A stretch of DNA of 64,000 nucleotides, from positions 415-64,414 of the forward strand of contig CAXBSB010000006.1 in NCBI GenBank assembly GCA_963977965.1, read 5' to 3'. The DNA comes from an uncultured Schlesneria sp. GTDB lineage: Bacteria > Planctomycetota > Planctomycetia > Planctomycetales > Planctomycetaceae. Positions 58,093 to 64,000 of the stretch are shown here, piece after piece (position 1 is the stretch's first letter; each line of letters starts with the position of its first letter). The position numbers and the translations under genes are program-made. The notes beneath the pieces are model-generated. The model made no database searches. It was not told the DNA's origin and was given only the letters and a program-made list of their open reading frames with translations.

Positions 58093-60084
58093 CTATTTGG
58101 AGCGAGCTGGGTTGATGTTTCCGAGCGTCATGTGAATCTGCTGTTCCACCATCGTCTTATATTTGCCACCCTGGGCCATCAGTTCATCGTGAGTCCCTGT
58201 CTGGCTGATACATCCGTTTTCCACAACGACGATCAAATCCGCTCCGGCGATGGTGCTTAAGCGGTGAGCGATCACGAAACTCGTTCGGCCCTTCATCAAG
58301 GTACTCAGGCTCTGTTGGATCAGACGTTCACTTTCTGTATCCAGGTTGCTGGTGGCTTCGTCCAGGATCAACAGCTTAGGGTCGGCCAGAATCGCTCGGG
58401 CAATCGCCAATCGCTGGCGTTGCCCACCGCTCAGCCGAACACCTCGTTCCCCGATGACGGTCTGCATTCCGTTGGCCATTCGGTCGATGAACTCGGTCGC
58501 ATTCGCGGCTTCGGCGGCGGCTCGAATGTCCGCGTCCGAGGCATCCCGGCGGGCATATGCGATATTTTGATGAATGGTCCCATCGAATAAGAAGACGTCT
58601 TGCTCCACCACTCCGAGCAGGCTGCGAAAGGACTCGACGTCGAAATCACGCAGATCAACTCCATCGAGTGTGACTCGGCCTTCCGTCGGATCGTAGAAGC
58701 GTGCGACCAGGTTACTCAGCGTCGTCTTTCCAGCGCCGCTGGGACCAACGAGTGCCACGGTCTGTCCCGCGCCGACTTCCAGGTTGATTCCCTTCAATGC
58801 GGGCGAATCTGAGCCAGGATAGGTGAAGGAAACATTTTCGAACGCGATCCGGCCGACAATTTGCTTCCGATCAACGCGACGCGAATCGGGCGACGAGGGC
58901 ATTTCGCGAGGCTCACCCAGCAGATCAAGCACTCGATCCAGTCCACTCAGGCTGTTCTGAAACTGCGTGGCACTGGAAGCCAGCGTGGCCAGTGGCTCCA
59001 GCAGCAATAGCAGATAAACCAGGAACATCATCAGATCGCCAACGGTCAGGTGTCCGTCGAGGACTCGCCAACCGCCGTAAAAGAGCAACGCGGCACTGGC
59101 CAGCGGAATCATTGCTTCCCAGACCATTTCGACGACGCGCATCCACCACCAGGCATACAGTTCCTGACGTGCCATCAGGTTGTTTTCGGTTGTAAACCGG
59201 GCGGCTTCACGCTTCTGCCGACTGAAGGCTCGAACAATCCGCATGCCAGCAAACGATTCGGTCGCCGATGCATCAATCTGCTCACGCTGCTTACGGATCT
59301 CGCGAAACTGAGGCCGAATACGATTGATCCAGGCGCGATGAGTGACGAAGACCATGGGCAGCAGGATGACGGCTCCTGCCAGCAATGTCCAATCGACCCA
59401 TGCCAGGATGACCAGGCTTCCGAGCAGTTGAATGACCGCTCGCCAGGGATTGAACAGCATCCCGAAAACCAGTTCACCGACACTGCCACCATCTTCCCGA
59501 AGAATCGATGCGACACCACCAGATCGAAGCTCATGCACGCGATGTAATGGCAGACGAACAGCATGCTCGAAGACTCGCCGTCGCAAGTTCAACTGGATCT
59601 GCTTGGAAATGAGAGTCGCATACCAGCGACCCCAGATGTGAATCAGAATCTTCAGCAGAGTCACAAACGAAACGGCAAGAACCGTCGCAAACAGCAACGA
59701 CTTTGGTTCGGTTAACCAGGGAAACCGCGACTTGAAGATGTCGGGCAACGGCTTGCCGCTGAGTCCATAATCAATGATGAATTTTGTTCCGGCAGGCGGA
59801 AGCAGGCCGATCAATGTCGAAGCTGTGACCGACAACAGTATCCAGATCACTGCGGTCCGAAACGGACGCAACAACAGCAGGAATTGTCGGATCAATTGGC
59901 CGCTTGAGCGAACCCTGTCCTTTGCCGCGCGTGTATGGCCCGATCCATGGACGGGGCCTCCCGGCAATTCACGACGACGGATCTTGCCACGATATCTCTC
60001 GAACCTGTACCGGCTGGAAGATGTGGGCGAGGCCTCGGTTGTGCTGCTACGAGTTGAGCCTGAGTTCTCTGCGTTTTTGTTCAT
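58093..60084 (-). CDS. ABC exporter (fused TMD-NBD, MsbA-like)
   Basis: GPSGAGKTT, LSGGQRQRLAIARA, LLILDEATSNLD, AHRLST, TMD. Start uncertain (60084-60153). Confidence 0.92.
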   Translation of the reverse strand: MNKNAENSGSTRSSTTEASPTSSSRYRFERYRGKIRRRELPGGPVHGSGHTRAAKDRVRSSGQLIRQFLLLLRPFRTAVIWILLSVTASTLIGLLPPAGTKFIIDYGLSGKPLPDIFKSRFPWLTEPKSLLFATVLAVSFVTLLKILIHIWGRWYATLISKQIQLNLRRRVFEHAVRLPLHRVHELRSGGVASILREDGGSVGELVFGMLFNPWRAVIQLLGSLVILAWVDWTLLAGAVILLPMVFVTHRAWINRIRPQFREIRKQREQIDASATESFAGMRIVRAFSRQKREAARFTTENNLMARQELYAWWWMRVVEMVWEAMIPLASAALLFYGGWRVLDGHLTVGDLMMFLVYLLLLLEPLATLASSATQFQNSLSGLDRVLDLLGEPREMPSSPDSRRVDRKQIVGRIAFENVSFTYPGSDSPALKGINLEVGAGQTVALVGPSGAGKTTLSNLVARFYDPTEGRVTLDGVDLRDFDVESFRSLLGVVEQDVFLFDGTIHQNIAYARRDASDADIRAAAEAANATEFIDRMANGMQTVIGERGVRLSGGQRQRLAIARAILADPKLLILDEATSNLDTESERLIQQSLSTLMKGRTSFVIAHRLSTIAGADLIVVVENGCISQTGTHDELMAQGGKYKTMVEQQIHMTLGNINPARSK

Positions 60085-60282
60085 GCTGGATTCTATCATC
60101 CCGAGCATGCGTTTCGAAAACCGCTCACGCAATTTCTGGCGACATGTCTCCATCGGAAATCACATCCGAACTCGCCGCTGGGTTAGCGCAACCGCTGGAT
60201 GACGGCATACTGCCAAGTCAATTCATCGTCACGCAGTGAGGATCTGTGTGCGTTTATCCTTTGTGCTCAAGGACACTCATTC

Positions 60283-60690
60283 GTGAAGAAGTCACTCAGA
60301 ATTGCTGTTGGAATTGGATTGGTACTGACTGCTGGATATGCCTGCCATCAAACATCATCAGCACAGCCTGGCAAGTCATTCGCATTGATCGACGTACCAG
60401 CTGAACGTGCACGATTCGAATTCGACGTCGTGGAATGCTTCGATGCAAAATATCTCGGCGATACCCCCGGGTTCACAGGTCGCAACGGCGGCCTGGAAGG
60501 TTTGCGTCCCAGCATCGCACTCGAAGACCCTGTCTTTCGCGGAGACAAACCCGTCGGTAGCGTCACTTCCATCGTATGGGAGCGAGTACGTGGCAGCCTG
60601 ACCGTGGAATTCGACCCACTTCCTGGCGAAAGAATCGCGGTTGGCGAAACTCTCTGGATCAGCTTGAACACATCAAAACCTGCACCTTGA
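60283..60690 (+). CDS. Secreted hypothetical protein
   Basis: AAGGA RBS before GTG 60283, then a signal-peptide-like N-terminus. Confidence 0.65.
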   Translation: MKKSLRIAVGIGLVLTAGYACHQTSSAQPGKSFALIDVPAERARFEFDVVECFDAKYLGDTPGFTGRNGGLEGLRPSIALEDPVFRGDKPVGSVTSIVWERVRGSLTVEFDPLPGERIAVGETLWISLNTSKPAP

Positions 60691-60782
60691 TGAAACTGAG
60701 CCACAGGCAAACGCAGTCTCGCGAATCCCCGGCCCGCAAAACCCAACAGAATTTCGGCCTGAATAATGCCCCACAATTGATT

Positions 60783-60811
60783 TTGACAGGGTTTCCACTT
60801 CCGACTACAGT
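60783..60811 (+). promoter_or_regulatory. Sigma70-type promoter
   Basis: TTGACA-N17-TACAGT, about 90 bp upstream of the receiver-like gene. Confidence 0.7.
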
Positions 60812-60901
60812 CCGCACAACGCTGGCCGAAGGATCGGCTCGGCGGATAGCAGGAGATCGTCGCCATGACGGTCTCCCGGTCAGGCATGGAAGGACGGCCG
60901 A

Positions 60902-61246
60902 GTGGAAGTTTCACGGCGAGTGCTGGTGGTAGGCGGAGCTTCGGATACAGAAACGGTGCTGAAAGCCGTATTTGAGCCGCGTGGCGCCACTGTCGAACAC
61001 AGTCGCGGGTCCAGAATCCCTCAGCGCACGAACGGGGTTTCGCCGAAAGTCGTTGTGATTGATCTGGATGCGGAATACGACGCAGCCTCAGTCACGTCGC
61101 GCTGGCAACAATCCAACCGAGTTCTGATTGGCTCAGACCTGCCAACCACCATTTCTGCGGACGAACGATTTCTCGCGAAACCGTTTCAGTTCCCGGAGCT
61201 CGTCAAAGTCATCGAAGAGTTGCTGGACGCCAGTCCTGCGGCCTGA
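60902..61246 (+). CDS. Stand-alone atypical response-regulator receiver-like protein
   Basis: RVLVVGG (no acidic pair), VVVIDLD, FLAKPFQFPELV..IEELL. RBS GGAAGGA before GTG. Confidence 0.7.
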   Translation: MEVSRRVLVVGGASDTETVLKAVFEPRGATVEHSRGSRIPQRTNGVSPKVVVIDLDAEYDAASVTSRWQQSNRVLIGSDLPTTISADERFLAKPFQFPELVKVIEELLDASPAA

Positions 61247-61320
61247 TCGACGGCTCGATCATCCAAATTGATGTGTGGCGTCTCGCTCCTGTTCCGATGC
61301 AACACGGACGGCGCCCCGTA

Positions 61321-62709
61321 CTAACCGAGTTCGGGAATTGGTCGGCCACCTTCGGTCACAATCGGGGTCGGTCGTCCTTGTGGATTGATCCAGTGGCTTC
61401 CCCGATCAATGTCGAAGTGACGGAAGACCGTGGCTGCCAGATCCTGTGGACGAACCAGACCATCCTTGACTCCATAGCCGCGTGAGTCCGTGCTGCCGAT
61501 CACCTGGCCGTGACGCAGGCCGCCCCCAGCCGCGATCATGGACATCACGTTCGTCCAGTGATTTCGACCCGCATCCGCGGTCATCACCGGGGAACGACCA
61601 AATTCGCCCATCATCAACACGAGCGTCGTTTCCAGTAATCCGCGCTGTTCCAGATCGTGGATCAGCGCATGCATTACTTTGTCGACCGTCGGCAGGATCG
61701 GTTTCAGGCCTTTTTCAATCCCTCCCCAGGGAGGAACATTGTCACCGTGGTGATCAAAGTAACCCCACCGACCGCTGACCAGTACGAACGAGACTCCTGC
61801 TTCAACCAGTCGCCGAGCCAGCAATCCCTTCTCACCGATGCTTTCCCGCCCGTAGGCATCGCGTAACGCTGCAGGCTCATCACTGAGATTAAAGGCCTTT
61901 TCGACCTTGCCCGAGACCGTCATTTCGTAGGCCTGACGCTGATATCGTGTGGACCGGTCCAGAGTCTCGGTCAGATCGATATCCCGGCGCAGGCGATCAA
62001 ACTGCTGCCGCAACTGTTCGCGATTGGAAAGCCGGTCCAGTTGAATTCCGCTCGGCAGCGAAAACTTCCCGGCGAGTTCCAAACCGTTCACCGGGGCATA
62101 GTTCATTCCCATCTGGCCAGATTCCCAGACATCTGCCTTCCACGAAGGAGCCAGCCCCACGAACGCAGGCAATTCGGGATCATTCGGCCCTCGGAATTTG
62201 GCAACCACAGACCCCATCGAAGGATATCCATCCCCGTCACGTCCATTGTCAGTACGACGAGCCAGTGGATTTCCCGCCTGCATCGTGATGGGAGTGTGAT
62301 TGCTGGCAGTGCAGTCGACCGAGCGAATGATCGAAAGCTTGTCCGCGATCGATGCCTGCAGTGGCAAATGCTCACTGAATTGAACACCCGGCAACGTCGT
62401 GGCGATTGTCGAAAAGGGACCGCGAATTTCGGTCGGGGCATCGGGCTTCGGATCCCACATATCGATGTGACTTGGTCCACCCGACAGCCAGAACAGGATC
62501 ACCGCTTTGCGATCAGTCCCAAGTCGTTCTCTCGAGACAGGCGAGGCAGATGCAAGCGTTGAAAGCCCTCCAGCAGCAAGAGCACTTCCCGCGAGTCCTG
62601 CCTGAAGAAACCAGCGTCGTGAACCCACCGAAATCGTGGACGAGGTTGCACCGGTCATCAATGACAGTGGAACTCCTGCCCTGTGCGTCCCTCGATGCGA
62701 ATGATTCAT
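61321..62709 (-). CDS. DUF1501 domain protein
   Basis: SRRWFLQAG, FWLSGGPSHIDMWDPKP, LLARRLVEAGVSFV, MGEFGRSP, GRNHW, GQVIGSTD. Confidence 0.92.
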   Translation of the reverse strand: MNHSHRGTHRAGVPLSLMTGATSSTISVGSRRWFLQAGLAGSALAAGGLSTLASASPVSRERLGTDRKAVILFWLSGGPSHIDMWDPKPDAPTEIRGPFSTIATTLPGVQFSEHLPLQASIADKLSIIRSVDCTASNHTPITMQAGNPLARRTDNGRDGDGYPSMGSVVAKFRGPNDPELPAFVGLAPSWKADVWESGQMGMNYAPVNGLELAGKFSLPSGIQLDRLSNREQLRQQFDRLRRDIDLTETLDRSTRYQRQAYEMTVSGKVEKAFNLSDEPAALRDAYGRESIGEKGLLARRLVEAGVSFVLVSGRWGYFDHHGDNVPPWGGIEKGLKPILPTVDKVMHALIHDLEQRGLLETTLVLMMGEFGRSPVMTADAGRNHWTNVMSMIAAGGGLRHGQVIGSTDSRGYGVKDGLVRPQDLAATVFRHFDIDRGSHWINPQGRPTPIVTEGGRPIPELG

Positions 62710-62857
62710 ACCAAGCCCCTCGACTGAACCCATCGAAATCTTGCGATGCGATAGTGATAGTATCGAAGAAGTAGTCTTTCAGCGAGAGTGAAAACAGAAG
62801 AATCCGGCGGCAAGATTCCGAACCCGGCATTCCTGACAGGGCAATCGCTTTTTCCAA

Positions 62858-62960
62858 CGTAGGGTGGGACCAGCTCGCTTCGAGCGCAGGCCCACCAGTA
62901 TTTCTCAACGTTTCCAGATGGTGGGCCCGCGCGGCGAAGCGCCACTTGTCCCACCCTACG
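62858..62960. repeat. GTAGGGTGGGAC-type REPIN (complete doublet)
   Basis: CGTAGGGTGGGACCAGCTCGCTTCGAGCGCAGGCCCACC - 23 nt - GGTGGGCCCGCGCGGCGAAGCGCCACTTGTCCCACCCTACG. Confidence 0.88.
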
Positions 62961-62994
62961 TCCCGCCCAACTTCAAATCGATACCCAGATTTGC

Positions 62995-63891
62995 CTACGT
63001 CGCCTTTTTACGGCGCGCAGGAGCCTTCGGCTGGATCAGGCTTTTCAGGACACGAAGGTTGATGGCATCCAGATCCTCGCCCTCTTCTTCACCCTTTTCC
63101 GTTTCCAGATACATCGGGATTTCTGCGAACCGCGGGTCGTTCAGGATATGGCGGAACGGCTCCAGGCCCAGGCAGCCACGTCCAATATGTTCGTGCCGAT
63201 CAACACGGCTGCCGAGTGGCTTTTTGCTGTCGTTCAGGTGCCAGGCACAAATCCGATCGATTCCAATCGTTCGATCGAACTCAGACATCGTCGCGTTGTA
63301 TTCATCAGGGGTCTGCAGAGGATATCCCGCAGCAAAAATGTGACACGAATCGACACAAACACCCAGTCGATCGGATGCTTTTACAGTGTTTAGCAGGGTC
63401 GCGATGTGCTCGAAACGATGCCCCAGATTCGTTCCTTGCCCGGCTGTTGTTTCCAGCCAGAGCTGACACTGGATTCCTCGCGTCTGCTGATGAACCTGAT
63501 CAATGGCCGTTGCGATCCGCTGTAGGCCTGCTTCCTCGGTGGAGCTGACAAAGCTGCCAGGGTGCATGACCACTCCCACCAACCCCAACCGCTCTGCCCG
63601 CTGCAATTCATCGATCAGGGCATCAATCGACTTCTGCCACAAAACGTCATCCGGGCTGGCGAGGTTAATCAAATAGCTGTCATGCGCACACGGGCGACGC
63701 AACCCGGCCCGCTCAACGGCTTCTCGAAACAGTCGAACATCATCATCCGACAGGGGCTTCCCCTTCCACTGGTTGTTGTTCTTGCTGAAGATCTGCACAG
63801 TGTCCATGCCGAGTGACGCGGCTGTATCTGCGGCCTTGTAGTAACCACCAGCGATCGACAAATGAGAACCAAGGAGCGGCAATTGAATCAT
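62995..63891 (-). CDS. nfo: Endonuclease IV (AP endonuclease 2)
   Basis: LGSHLSIAGG, AHDSYLINLAS, VVMHPGS, LETTAGQG, VCVDSCHIFAAGY, WHLNDSK..LGSRVDRHEHIG, YLETEK. Confidence 0.97.
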   Translation of the reverse strand: MIQLPLLGSHLSIAGGYYKAADTAASLGMDTVQIFSKNNNQWKGKPLSDDDVRLFREAVERAGLRRPCAHDSYLINLASPDDVLWQKSIDALIDELQRAERLGLVGVVMHPGSFVSSTEEAGLQRIATAIDQVHQQTRGIQCQLWLETTAGQGTNLGHRFEHIATLLNTVKASDRLGVCVDSCHIFAAGYPLQTPDEYNATMSEFDRTIGIDRICAWHLNDSKKPLGSRVDRHEHIGRGCLGLEPFRHILNDPRFAEIPMYLETEKGEEEGEDLDAINLRVLKSLIQPKAPARRKKAT

Positions 63892-64000
63892 CCATTCTGA
63901 AGAATTTTGATGACGGACGCGAATCCCTATGATAGCAATCGACCGGTTTCATTCGCCACAATTGGAATGAACAGTGTGGCGACAACGTTTCCCTTCTTGT

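Noticed and set aside
60703-60770. GGCAAAC...GCAAAA...CGGCCTGAA resembling a c-di-GMP-I riboswitch
   Set aside because: There is no GNRA-capped stem between the motifs, and it lies upstream of the predicted promoter.
60875-60900. GGTCAGG...GGAAGGA resembling the SRP RNA core
   Set aside because: The stem around GGAA does not pair and the AGCAG motif is missing. GGAAGGA is better explained as the RBS.

Overview
64-kb chromosomal window of a planctomycete. The assignment (probably family Planctomycetaceae) is inferred from the DUF1501 and DUF1549/DUF1553 proteins and from ribosomal protein features. It is mostly housekeeping: rsmA-guaB, the complete S10-spc-alpha ribosomal cluster (rpsJ to rplQ with secY and rpoA, minus strand, about 14.2-28.0 kb), xerD, rph, argB-argD-argF and nfo. 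These are interspersed with planctomycete accessory genes: two DUF1501 proteins, two DUF1549/DUF1553 proteins, glycosyltransferases, hydrolases and two ABC exporters. No rRNA, tRNA, CRISPR array, transposase or prophage could be supported. The best leads are: (i) an uncharacterised two-domain ferritin-like protein with a full di-iron ligand set, convergent on an ABC transporter-DUF1854 pair that has no cyanophycin synthetase beside it; (ii) a DUF1501-DUF1549/1553 operon in which both partners carry extra jelly-roll-like domains; (iii) a low-GC islet with orphan Imm1-like and second putative immunity genes; (iv) an unannotated Arg-containing leader ORF with a terminator-like hairpin before argF; (v) many different REP/REPIN-like palindromic families, one with an inverted core between its two copies; (vi) unusually diverged S10-spc proteins. 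Family names come from motif recognition, not database searches. Many start codons were trimmed by hand relative to the ORF track.
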